From Malacoraja senta (lineage: Eukaryota): 64,000 bases of DNA. The stretch is from NCBI GenBank assembly GCA_038087875.1, contig JAXLNO010002682.1, forward strand, positions 1 to 64,000, in the 5' to 3' direction. Shown here one piece after another: positions 1 through 13,200 of the stretch. The notes beneath the pieces are model-generated. The model had not been told where the DNA came from, did no database searches, and saw only the letters and a program-made list of their open reading frames with translations. The first letter of the stretch is position 1. The number at the start of each line of letters is the position of its first letter. The position numbers and the translations under genes were made by a program.

Positions 1-1203
1 TGCTGGAGTAACTCAGACAGGCAGCATCTGGAGGGAATGGACAGGTGACGTTTCTTATCGGGACCTTCTGACTGAAGTTAGGGAAGTTAGTATATTAAGA
101 CAATATGTGACAATGTATTTACAATGAAAATAACGTGTTAGGCAATTATATGGATAATATGGTTTCATCAACATCTTAACCTATGCCATAAGCATAGATT
201 TGCACAGTAACGAAGTCGTGATGTAATTTTAAACAGAAGAATGGGAATTTTAAGTTTGTGCCTTTGTGGGTTGGGAAGCTGAAGTAGGCCAGTAAGGATG
301 GGACGATGGCTGAATGTACAAGAAATATATAGCCAACAGTTTCAGAAATGCTGGCAAGGAGCGTCTAAATGAAAAAGTAGGGTATGAAGTTTAGAGCAGC
401 AGATCTGATGGAAGAGTGGAAGTTTTGGAAGTGAAGGTTGATGTGTTTTATATAATGGAGATCCTTTGAGGTTGGAAACTGGGAATAGATTAAATTAGAT
501 GTGTTAAAGAAGGAACTGCAGATGCTGGAAAATCGAAGGATGGGGCTCTGGGTGAAGTGATCACACTGATGGTGATGGCTAGGGTGGAGGAAGTTGATAA
601 TGGGTTTGGGAGTGTTGCTGGACCTGGTCTAGGTGAAAATGTGCAAGATGTATACTGAACCCTGCTGCGCACCCTACTTTTATAATTATGTTTGTGCTCG
701 GGCATTCTTGGAGTATGATTGCTTCAGTTATCTGCATTCTGGGAATTTTTAAGCAAAAATCATTTCTAGAAAAAAGGATTTTAAATAAGTCAATAGCTGG
801 CAACAGAGTTCTGGTGTTTGAATTGGTGGTGATGTGGCTATATGGGTTGATGTGGCGATATGTGTTATCTTAATTGGCAACAAAAGGCAGGATATAGATA
901 AGGAAGAGTGAATAGTAGATTGTAGGAGAAGCCATCAGTGATCAGAGACTAATCCCCTGCCCATTTTAATTCCATCGTGATATCACTGGAGTTGAGTTTC
1001 ATTCAGTTGCAAGTCAATTGATATATTTTCTTTTAGTGAGCTGGTTAAAATGAAGCAGTTAATGTGTTAGAGTCACTTTAGATGATTATTCTGCAGAGCA
1101 AAGATAATCAAGCTTCCAGAACATCACTAATGTTTTTAAACGATGCAGTTTGTGATAAATTCCTATATTTCAATGATAACAATCTCTTTAACAATATTTA
1201 CAG

Positions 1204-1241
1204 TATATACCAATGTACCGAGAGTGGTAGCAAACTATTAC
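1204..1241 (+). CDS. FIRRM: FIRRM exon (window exon 1): xIYQCTESGSKLL(R)
   Basis: ttacag acceptor and gtaagt donor; 38 nt; phase joins 2721; resembles mammalian long-isoform SMYQCSESWIEHIR. Confidence 0.75.
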
Positions 1242-4200
1242 GTAAGTAATAACTAAATTCACCAGTAGTCTTTGCTTCTTTACACTAATTATCATATGAA
1301 CCTTAGAAATGAAATAATAATTGATAATTACTTTACTTTTAAACCAAATATATTTAACAACTTTCACAATGAACTACTTCTCCATCCCTTGATTGTGTAT
1401 TAATTTTCTTAACGTTTTTGAAACTTTGCTAATTCTAACTATAACAATTTAATCAATGTGATGCATGTGGCTTGTGAATGAGTTATGTATTGATTGATAC
1501 TCTGTTTTTCCATGAAATCGGTGGGTAGGGTAGGAATAAACAATGACTTGGTGGTTGAGAGAATTTGAGACTAGAAAGTAAATAGTCATTCACTAGTTCA
1601 ATCTGAGCCAGCCATGAAATTATTCAGCACCTAATAAACAGCTTCCAAAATATTGTACTCCTCAGAGAACTATTTATAAGCATGGTATGCTCTTGGAAAC
1701 TAGTTCCTGGTTTTAGGGATTGGTGGTTATTTGGTTCCATAAAAGTCACCTGCACCCAAAATTGAAAAAAAACAGTCTTCCACTTTAAAGAAATCAATTG
1801 CCCTTTAAAAAATGTATTTCAGCTCTATTGCTTGGAATATTTGTTTCAAAATAAATTTTATCTGGGGTCTAACGTACTAGATGTATTTTGAAATACATCT
1901 AATCTGGACCATATTTACTACTTTAATGGTCCAGATTTTTTTAGTAGCAGTAACAACTCATTACTGAGCTAGTTGGACAGCAACTCAATACATGTGCAGA
2001 ATCAGAACATTCTCTTGTTTCTCAAAGACATTCTACATCGATACCTCATCAGTAGACTTGGCATTTAAAAAAATGTGAAGGTGGGAACATTTGTTTCATA
2101 CCCATGATATGAACCAGAAATAGTTAGGAATTGTCCATTCAATTGTAAGTGAACGTTACTGCTGTGAGAAATGTAAATAGCACTAAACTTAAAGTGTTAC
2201 TTTTCCAGGAATGGAGTCTTGTTTTTTCAGACTTAAAATAATGTTGGGAATTAATTAAACTTTTTGGTTTATTGCCCTTAATCCAATTTTCTTCTTTGTT
2301 ATGCTTTGTTTCTAAATCCAACGATTCCTCTCGTTGTGATATTGTTTTTGTAACATAATTTTAACATTGAATTTTAACATTTAACATTTAATTTTAAATA
2401 TGAACATGTTACCTGCTGAGATTATTTTGGTTTCATTTAGTATTTTTTAAATTAGGTTGAAGAGACGTGCCATTCTTGTCCACATTTTTTTTTCTCCTAA
2501 TATGAAGGCAAATATTTGTGCTTTTCATTTGGCCCGACGGTAAAATCGTGTTTATTACACTTTTTTGGTGATTTGTTTGATGTTCTCTTTCCTTTCATGA
2601 TTTATTTTGCAATAGATGTTGGAACTAAATACAGCAAAGTGGTGAAAAATGTATGTGTGAAATAAAGCAGAACATAAAGTTTGTTAACTATGAAACTAAA
2701 TAACTTGATATTATTTAAAGGATCATTGAAGATTCTTGTAGACAAGTTCTTGCCCCATATCAGGCTTTCTGAGATAGAACAGACATTTGCCTCTCAAGTG
2801 TTGCCCAAGGTATGTGCATTTAGTAGTTTCTATGTATTTTATTTCTTATATTCACTTTTAAAATATGGAATACTTTGTGATTTTCTTAGTGGAAGTGGAC
2901 TAATTACAAGTATACTATTCTGTGCGTATCAAGTAGCCGCCAATTGATCTGATTTGATAACCACCTTTCAGAAAGTTTGCTCTCATTTTCTACTAACGTT
3001 CATGCCAGTCCTTAGCTGGATTGCTGGGTAATGATCAGGAGAGGGAACTCCAGCACTTTTCTCAGCTTTGGGCAAATTCTGGTGATTCCTGCTCCCTCCA
3101 CGCATCAAGCTAAATTGAACTGTTTTTCGAGAGATCAGACAATTGTCTTTATTTCTTTTAATACATTGTGTATTACATTTAATGAATAATGGTACAATCA
3201 TTGACAATATTTCAGCAGTGTACCTCAATTTATTCAAAGACTAGTCAACAGTTTAATAGAAATTTGCATTAATGCTCACGGTTATTAAATAGGACACTTA
3301 TTACTATTACAACATTTAATAAAAGACTCAGCAGTGGGGATGTGGAACCCTTTAGTGGGTACATCTCAAAGATATTTCAGTCTTTTTATTTTTTTCCCCT
3401 CTTATCTGTTTCTCTATTCTGGATAGTTTTTGTGTACAATCTTTATTTCGGGGATCACAACACCCTCGTGCCAGTCACCAAATCAATTATGTTCATGCTT
3501 ATCATTGTCCAATAAACATTTCTTCTAAACCTGCTTAAGACTTGGGAACTTGTTTCTCTTTTATGCTGCATATACATTAAGTTAATTTTCCAGATGGTTG
3601 GCCTGATCAGCCTAAGACTCGCAACTTGGTGCTGAGCAGCTTCACACTGGCCCCAAGCAACCATACTGTTCTTCACTGGTAGCATCTCCACACTGAGCCA
3701 AGTGCAATTCATTGATGGGGGAGTGCTAGAAGAGGGCAGGGATTTGCACTACATTCCTGGGATTGTATCGTGCAGTCAAGGGAAGCAGACAGTTCACGCC
3801 AGTTCTTCGACTCCCAGTTTCCTTGTGCACCGATGTGATGAGCAGAGGTTCACGCCGGATTCCTGGAATATTCATATTCCAGCATAATGTGCATAACTTG
3901 ATGTTTTTTCAAAAGTGAAACGGATTACATATCTGTGAGTGGGAGGACCAAGAGCTGTAATGAATTAATACTCTGAGAAGCAGTGTTAAGCAGAGTGCTA
4001 GTGTCATCCTTTAATGATTTTTTTTGATGTTTTAATAATCCTTCTTGCTTTCACTAACCAACATTTTCTAATTGAAAATCCATTATGCTTTTCCTCATGC
4101 CAGGCAATGACATTGTTTGATGAGCTTGCAAATGAGGTAACACAACATGTAGGAGGGTTGTCCAGTCAGAACACAGGCTTGCAGGCAGCACTGAGGAACA

Positions 4201-7200
4201 CTATACAGGTAGGATCTTTTCAATTTCAATTTCTTTATTATTATTAATATAATTAAATATTTGTTAACAACGATCAGTGTAGATTTAGAAGGAGTTGTGC
4301 TGCATGACTTATTTACATTTTGAGAAAATGACATTTAGTTTTGTCAGCTAAATTGGGGATTAAAATTAAAGAGGTGGGCTGGGCAATGTAAAGTAATAAT
4401 AGCTGGAAAACAAGTGCAGGCAACCCTCTCATAACAAAGGGGTTGCATTCCAAGAAAATGGTCCATATTCGTCTTGATTTCATGACTTTCCAGACGAAAA
4501 ATGTCACCTTTTATCCGCATAAATTTTGTGAAAACAGAATTTTATTCTGTATCTCAAATTTTTGGGTCGTGATTTGTAAGTTCTGTAAGGGCAAATTTCC
4601 TTTACCAGAATGGCAGCAATGTAGAGGCAGCCTGTTCTTACAGTACAGTAACATCCCCTTCAGCCTAACGTCCTTGCAGACCGTACAGGTGTCAGAGGTT
4701 ATGGGGAGAAGGGATATATAGGGTGCCATGTTGAAATATTGGATATATAGGGTGCCATGTTGAAATATGACCTCCTTGGCTTACTCCACAGCTCTAGCAA
4801 CTTTTCCCTGCTCAGTATATTCTCTGCTCATACTCCCAATCATGCTGCATGGAAACTCGAACAACTGGTTTATATGAAGTCTTGAAGTCGACAAAGTTCT
4901 ACAAAGCCTGGTATATCATTCCCTGTAGACTTTACAAGATTTCTCTTTTTCATAACAAAATGAGCAAACACTTGTACAATTATAGCGACAGCCAGTCAAA
5001 ATTAATCAGCAACTAACTTGAATGTACCTGACGATCAAACTGGTTATCTGACCACATGCTCAATAGGATTTGATGATAATGTATTGGGTGTATTTTCTTA
5101 CAAAACAGTCGGACCATGCCTGTGTGGCTCAGTACTTTATCCAGGTCTGGAAGATTTGTTTAAAATTACTGCTTGCATCCTGTTCTTGATCAATATTTGA
5201 TGTTTCATCCTCAGTCAGGTCTACAGTATGTTAGCGATTACATTGGCAACAATGTGTGTCAGTTGAAGATAAAGATTACAACTATTCCGTCTCCATTCAG
5301 GTTCTCAGTGTTCAGAATAGGTTTTAGTTTTGTATCTAACCACAACTCAAGTTAATCAAGTTGAAGTTCAAGTTTACATTTATTGTCACTACCAATTGGT
5401 ACAGCGAGATTTGGGTTGCCATACAGCCATACAAATAAAAAGAACACAACACACGATAGAATTTAAAATGAAGCGGAATCAACGTTTCCCACTGTGAGGG
5501 AAGGCAATAAAAGTTCAGTCCACTTCCTCTTGTTCACCCGTGGTCGGGGCCTATTGAGGCCTCCGCAGTCGCCGCAATGGCGGCTCGATGTTCAGGCCCT
5601 CTCGCCAGATGATGGAACTCCGGCGGCGGAAGAACACTCTCCGGCCTGGAGTACTGAATCGAATCGGCGGCTTCCTACCAGAGACTGCGGCTCCCGAAGT
5701 CCACAGGCCAAGCTGGGCGGAGCTCCAACTGGTGACCTCGACGAGAGATCCCAGGGCCCCGTGTTGTCAAAGTCAGCGCCGCCCACGGCTGGAGGCTTTG
5801 CAGATCACAGCTCCACGGTGTTAAAAACGGCAGTCCCAGCACTCCGGAGCTCCACCCAGTAAGGCATCGTCCGCACCGCGATGGTACTTCAGTGCTGCAC
5901 CGCTGCTGAAGCTGAAGCTCTGGCCGGTCTCCGGCAGGAAAGGCCGTGCCAATCCAGATGATAGGCTGCGAGGAGGGGGCGAAGATGCGGCTCGGAGGAA
6001 AGACGCATCCACGACCAGATAGCGATTAGAAAAAACAGTTCCCCCCCCCCCCCACACACATAAAAAGACTAAAAGACCTCCAAAACAAAACTTTTGACAG
6101 ACTAAAAATTAAAAAAAGGATGAAAGGACAAACAGCTGCAGGCGAGGGAGCCATACTCAACGGCGCCACCCTCCATTTACTAGTGTGGATGTCTGACACT
6201 GCATGGAGAAAGGGGCTGCTGGGGTCTCTTCCTGCTGAACTACAGACCTTAGCTGTTTAGCAGTGTTGGCAGCAAATCAGCGTTGCATTCTGACTAATCG
6301 ACATATTCTACCTACTATGTATATACTGTGACAGACATTTGAAACCATAGTTTGCCCACACTGGTTTTCAAAGTTTTGTGATGTATCTTCAGCAAACTGT
6401 TCATATAATTTCTGTTGCATTTTGTACAGTTTCAGATCCAGATTTTGGAGATTCTGGTGAACCTTGTGGATCATATGTGCAAATTTGAGGAGGCTCTAGC
6501 TTTGAAAAATATTCATTCACTATCGTTGGCTGTTATTCACATCCTCAAGAATACCTTTTGTCACTGCAAGGTGAGATAGATGAGAAACATTCTTGTTGTA
6601 AATGTTTGCCTTTCTCTTGCAGTCATGCCCCATTCCCTATTTAAAAGGCAATCTTTGGAGTTCTTGAACTGACAGCAGTAACATTCCTGTTGTGCTTTTT
6701 TTTATTCCTTTTCCCCTCCTGGGGAGGATTTTGTTTTATAATATGTTTTGTAAAGCAAATGTTTAAAATCTTGTGTAATAAAAAACGTATGCATCTCTGG
6801 TGAGACATCACTACAAAGAAAGGTTTGCACGTCTTACTCAAATTGCCCATGGGTAATATCCACCCCTCTCACCTTTAGGTGCTCAAATTAGCCTGGAGTC
6901 AAATCATGGCCAAATAAAGTCAGAATGACAGGTTTCCTACCCTAAGTAAACATGAGTAAACTAGATGAGTTTTTGTAACAATCCAGTAGTTATATGGTTA
7001 TATGGTTATTGTTGACTATCTTGTTTAGAATTCCACATTTACTTAATTACTTGAATTTAACTTATCCCACTGCTGCAACTAAATTCGAATTTTCATCTTT
7101 TGAGCAATAGTCTAGAACTGCCATTCAAGTAACTTAACTTAACCACTACATTGTCACATTCCAGTCACTCTTTTCCAGACATTCCAATCAACATGTAGTC

Positions 7201-10200
7201 TAAGATGTGAAGCTGTAATGCTTGGAATTGCATCAATTTGCCCATTTTAAATTGAGGGATATGTTGAGCTATGCGGTGGGAGTTCTGCCCTGAATTTTGT
7301 TCAGAGTTTAGCCTTTTATCTGGCGTAAGGACACTTTAGTGCAGCACTTTTTTTATTATTGCAGAAAAACCATCAGTCAAGATTTTGAAGCTATAATATT
7401 TGGAGAGTTTGATTTTCTGACATTGATGTAAAAGTGATGACATTGACCACTGAACAATGTGTCAGAAGCTTGAGTTTTATCTCTGATACAGGAAGATCAT
7501 CCTTTTTTTAAAAACCAAATCTTCCAATGGGCAATTAACTGCTTTTGCTCTGAATCCTGAATTTAATTTCTATTTCCTGTTATTCTCTTTTCAAGTTCAA
7601 TTGCTGCAAGAAAGGCATCTCCTGATTTCTTGAACTCATTCCCAATGAGTTGTTGACCATTTTTCCAAAACCTGGTATCATATTATAGAACAATGCAAAT
7701 TAATCTCACTCGTCCAAAACTGCCTGCATCACCTTGCTGAGACCAAATGTAGACTAGGTTATCGGTTTGCTGAACATTTGCATCGGTCTGCCAAGGCCTG
7801 CTGGATCTTCTGGTTGCTAACCATTTTAATTCCCTTTCCCATTCTCTTTCTTTCCTGGGCTGCCTCCATTGCCAGAGTGTGGTCACACATAAACTTGAGG
7901 AGCAGCACCTCCTATTCCTCTTGGTTAGTTTACAACCCAGTGCATGAACATTGAATTTTCCAATTTTAGGTAACCACCCCTCCTCCCGCTCCCCCCCCCT
8001 CTTTTTCCTGCTCTCTTCTCTGTGTCTCACCTGAATGCATAATAATGTTTCCCTTTCCCCTTCCTCCCATCTTATTCCACCTATATTCCTTCCTCTGGCT
8101 TCATATTTCACGTCTCTTCTATCTTTATCTCCTTATCCCACACTTCTTGTCTTTTCTCTCTGGCCTTTATCCAACCATCTGCCAATAAAATAAAACATAA
8201 CACCTGTATCCCCCTATCACTTGCCAGGTATTGTCCCACCCCCATCTCGCTTCCAGCTTTCTCCCCCCACTATAATCATTCTGAGAAGGGTGCGCAGCAT
8301 CTCTGGAGAGAAGGAATGTGTGATGTTTCGGGTCGAGACACTTCTTCAGACCCGAAAAGTCACCCATTCCTTCTCTCGATACATGCTGCCTGTCCCGCTG
8401 AGTTACTCCAGCATTTTGTGTCTACATTCGATTTAAACTAGCATCTGCAGTTCTTTCCTACATATTCTGAGAAGGGTCTTGACATGAAACATCGCCTATT
8501 TTATGTTCTCCAGATATACTGCCTGACCTGCTAAATTAAGGGTCTGTCCCACTTGGGCGTCATTTGCAGGTCATTTACGTGACAGGCCAGTAGTGACTGA
8601 CGCGTGAAAATCGTCTAGCAGTACGACAGTCGCGCGCCAAGTGCTCTTGAGGGCCCTGCTTCTTTTGGGAGCCATTTGCGATGTCGTTCGTACTTAGTCC
8701 GATCTCCGTGGCAAAGATTTTCCCAGTGAAAATCAAAGATACTATGGTGAAAAACTTTCACAACTACGTGCGGGTGGTCACGCGAGAAATGACATGTAAA
8801 TGGCGCGCCGACGGCGTACGGGCGGCGCATGGTTACGGACGTTGACGCACGGTGACGCATAATAAATTAGCACAGGCAATGTTTGTGCGTAACCATGCTT
8901 CACGCGTTGCACGTACGCCATCAGTACGTCAGCATGCGCAAGGGATACGTCTCGCAGGTGGCACGCGAGAATTTTGAGCACTGCAAAATCCTAGGACGCC
9001 GCACGTCACTGCATACGCGACCACGCCTCACGCGTCACACCACGCCAAACAATTTTTAGGATGTCGCATAAATGATGCGCAAATGACGCCCAAGTGGGAC
9101 AGGCCCTTTACTTAAACACTGTGTCTTTTATGGTAAGCCAGCATCTGCAGTCTGAAGAAGGGGCTCAACCCGAAACGTCACCCATTCCTTCTCTCCACAG
9201 ATGCTGTCTGTCCCGCTGAGTTACTCCAGCTTTTTGTGTCTATCTGCGTTCCTTGTTGACCTGTATCACCTGTTGCTTAATGGAAGTTGAGTGTAGTGAT
9301 CATTTATCTTGTATGAAGCAAATACCCTTACAGCATAAAAGCTGCAATGTAAAACATGTATTTTCCCTTTCCACATTATTTTTACTTTCTTAGCCCTTCC
9401 ATTCTCAGATCAGCATAATTATTTTACAATAGGGAGACAATAGAATAGTTCAGTTGTAAATCTTGTGTATTTCTATAGTTGTTCAACATGACTTGTTCAA
9501 CATGACTTGTTCAAGTGTGTAAATAACTAAATAACAGAACAGTTTGTAATCTAAGCTGAGTTTCTGCCTTTGGGCTAAGCATCTGAGTGTAAAACTAATT
9601 CTGAAATGGGCATCATAAATTCATATCAATGAAGGTAACACATTATTGCGTTACCCAGAGATTGTTCACTGATGACAACATTTTAAAATCTGTATTTAGG
9701 AGAGTGAGACCTTGTACAGTGGTCGATTGGACTTGGTTGCAGACATATTGCAGTCTTTATTTAAGGAAGCTTATTCCCTTCAAAAACAATTCATGGAATT
9801 GTTGGATCGTATAGTTTTGGAATCGGCAACCAGCACTGATGAAGATATTGAATCTATGGTGACAGGTCTGTTCAGAATATCCTATCTTTAACTTTAACGT
9901 CTGTTATTTCTGTAAGTTATTTTTATAATTTATTTTGTAATTACTTATTTCAAACTATCTCCCATTTTCCAGTGGTTCACAGTGTTTTGGAAATTTGTTC
10001 AGTCATTTCTAAGATGGATCATGCTCTACATGCTAACACATGGAAGTTCCTTATTAAGTAAGTACAGATTATATTGGTAAATGATTTTCTTTGGCTCCTA
10101 ATTTTCTGTTCATCCAGGAAATTGATGTTACTATTTTTGGTTATTTTACAAAGACAATTATTTGACTATCCAATTCTAGCTATTCTTGAAGGGGGAGCGA

Positions 10201-13200
10201 GAAAAAAGTGTGAATTTAACAAACTCTATTATTATATTATAATGAAAGGCAGCACAACTATCCCACTAGGGGGCTGTAAAATAAATGTGCAGCAGCCTTT
10301 CGTGAAAATTAAAATCTCTTTTACTGTTGATTTTTGGAGAAAACTAGTTATCAATCAGATTTTGTTTGTAATAGTTTGGCATTTTATTTTAGAATAAGTG
10401 TGAAGCATCGGGCATTGCTTGAGGATAAGCTGCCACATGACAGACTTGTTGCTGGTCTTTGCGAAGACATTCTGTATTCGTTCAATTCATGCTTGCATTT
10501 TGCTGAACAAATGAGCCAGCCAGCAGTAGAGGTAACTATGAATTAATTTAAAAATATATAAATCTTGTATAATGTCTGACATTTGACAGAGCACAACAGT
10601 CATTATCAGCTGCTCAATTCACAGTTATCTTTTCTCAAGTAGGGCAGCTGAGAACCTACTTTATCCAGGCGCGCGTTAATGGGATGGGGTTAGGGTAATG
10701 TCAAAGGTTTATTGGCTGCTGCCTGAACCAGCAGACACAATAAACTCAATATTTTTTTTAATGTGTTTTTTGAAGTCACTGATATGTGTTCAGATGCATA
10801 TAATGACTTAATGACGTGATAATTCATGTTTGTGGTTGTGCTCAAATGCTGACAGACCATATTATTGCTGAAGGACTGGCTGTCTTCATTCACCATCCTT
10901 TTGCCAGAGGCAAATATATATTTCTGTTAGGTCATGTGTACGCAGTGCTACATAGCATCAGCACATTATCTTTAATGACAAGTCATTAATGAAGATTTAG
11001 AATGGCTGTCTTTGTATTTTCTGAAATTATGTTCAAATGTACCAATAGCTATCTTAGCAAAGTACTACAAATAATTTACCGTTGGGCTTGCATTGTAGGA
11101 AGCTAACTTAATCACTAATACAAACTTTGTAGCAGATGTATTTAATAATAAACCTAGGGAACTGTTTTATCTTCTTCCTTCTACCTATCAATCTATTGTA
11201 CTTGATAGATGCATCTTGGATACATCTACTGTGTCCGTCTTTATTGTACAGGTAGTTCCGCACGGTGTCACAGCTGGTAGAGTCGCTGCCCCACAGTGCC
11301 AGAGACCCGGGTTCGATCCTGATATCGGGCGCTGTCTGTGTGGAGTTGTTAGGTTAATTGGCCTCTCTGTAAATTGCCCCAAGTGTGTAGGGAGTGGATG
11401 AGAAAGTGAGACAACAGAGAACTACTGTGAATGGGTGATCGATGGTCACTGTGTAGTCAGTGAGCCAATGAGCCTGTTTCCATGCTGTATCTCTAAGTAA
11501 ACTAAAATAACAATGTGAACACAGTGATACAGCTGGTGGAGCTGCTGCCTCACATGCCAGAGACCTAGGTTCGATCCTGACTGTGGGTGCTATCTATTTA
11601 GAATTTGCACATTTTCCCTGTGACTGTGGGTTTCCTCTGGGTATCTGGTTTCCTCCCACATCACAAAAATGTGCAGATTTGTAGCCTAATTGGCCTCTGT
11701 AAATTGTTTCTATTGTGTAGGGAGTGGATGAGAAAGTGGGATAGCATAGAACTAATGTGAACTGGTGATCAATGGTTGATCATGTGAGGGGGGGAATCTT
11801 TGTTATTACGTCTGAAATTCGCCCCAACCCTCTTTTCCCCAATGATGCAATTGTTTTTTAGTCTATTTTCTACAACACAATGTTTCTTAGGATGCAACTA
11901 CAATGTTATAGCAGAATTACCTGTACATCCTAACTTCAAACCATTTCTTGTGTGCTTTCTGTGTCCACACTGTTTATGAAATTGTTTCATTAGCACACAT
12001 AATTTGTTTCCAAGAGATACCTTAAAATGTGTTGTTGGTAAACTGCTACTGAGATATTCTTTAACATGTCACTGTTCTTAAATTTATTTATTAGTTTTAG
12101 TTTTAACACATGACCTTCAGTGAGTTGATCTAAAAGGATTAAGGTTTACATTTTATTGAGCATATGCATTTCTTTCAGGGAAACGGCAACAGTGTAGACG
12201 GCAAACTCTTCCAGAAGACCTTGAAGCTGTGCCGTTTTTTTGCCTACACACTTGTACATTATGTAAAGGTAATATAATATATTATTATCAACTGCTATGA
12301 AATTTTGTCAATATAATGTTTCAAACATTCATTGATGATCAATTTTGAGAAAAACAACATTTTTCTATGGCAAGAGCAATACATCTCTCAAACATTTATT
12401 TAAACAATTGCATTGGTGGGACTTATTAATTCCACACCCTCTTCTCCCCCATTCCTCTCCAAAATCCATTTAATGGGATTATATGTAGTAGATGCAGGGC
12501 AGATGCATGCTATACCAGTCTACCAAGCGAAGGCTGGCAGTATCAATGGCAACGATGGGTCCTTCACCAATTAGCTCAATGCATTCTACTCTCGCTTTGA
12601 ATGAAAGGTTGGTGGAGGAATGTCACAGGCCCCCTGCGTCTCTTGTACACCTGTACCAACGATTATGAGGCAAACGTAAGATTGACCTTCCTGAGCGTGA
12701 ATCCGCAGAAAGCAACTGGCTCGGGTGGAGTCCCGAAGCATATTTGGGTACTGTACAGACCAGCTGGCAGTGGTATTCACAGACAACTTTAACATCTCAC
12801 TACTCCATTCTATGGGTCCCATCTGCATTATGAAGACCACTGTCGTCCGGTGCCAAAGTAAACTAAGGTGGTGTGCTTTAATGACTACCATCCAGCTGCT
12901 CTGACATCCACCATCATGAAGTGATTCGAGAGACTGGTGATGACACACCTTAACTGCAGCCTCCCAGACAACCTGGATTTTCTGTGGTTTTCCTACCATC
13001 TCAACAGTCTACAGCGCGGTGGGAGATTACAACCTTCATGTGGTCTGCCCTGTTTCGACGAATGCAATCAACCTGGTGTGCACAATCAAATAAGATCAAA
13101 TAGAACAAGTTGTCCTACAACTTTAGGCTGTGCACGCCATATGCAAGAAGAGAAGAAGGTCTACAGCAGAACATCTCCTTGGCCCTAAGCTCATCTCTGG

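Noticed and set aside
230-900. Possible old LINE fragment on - (also about 44100-44560)
   Set aside because: Too degraded to assign by eye.
11290-11330. tRNA gene (GGTTCGATCC)
   Set aside because: It is the tRNA-derived head of an HE1-type SINE.
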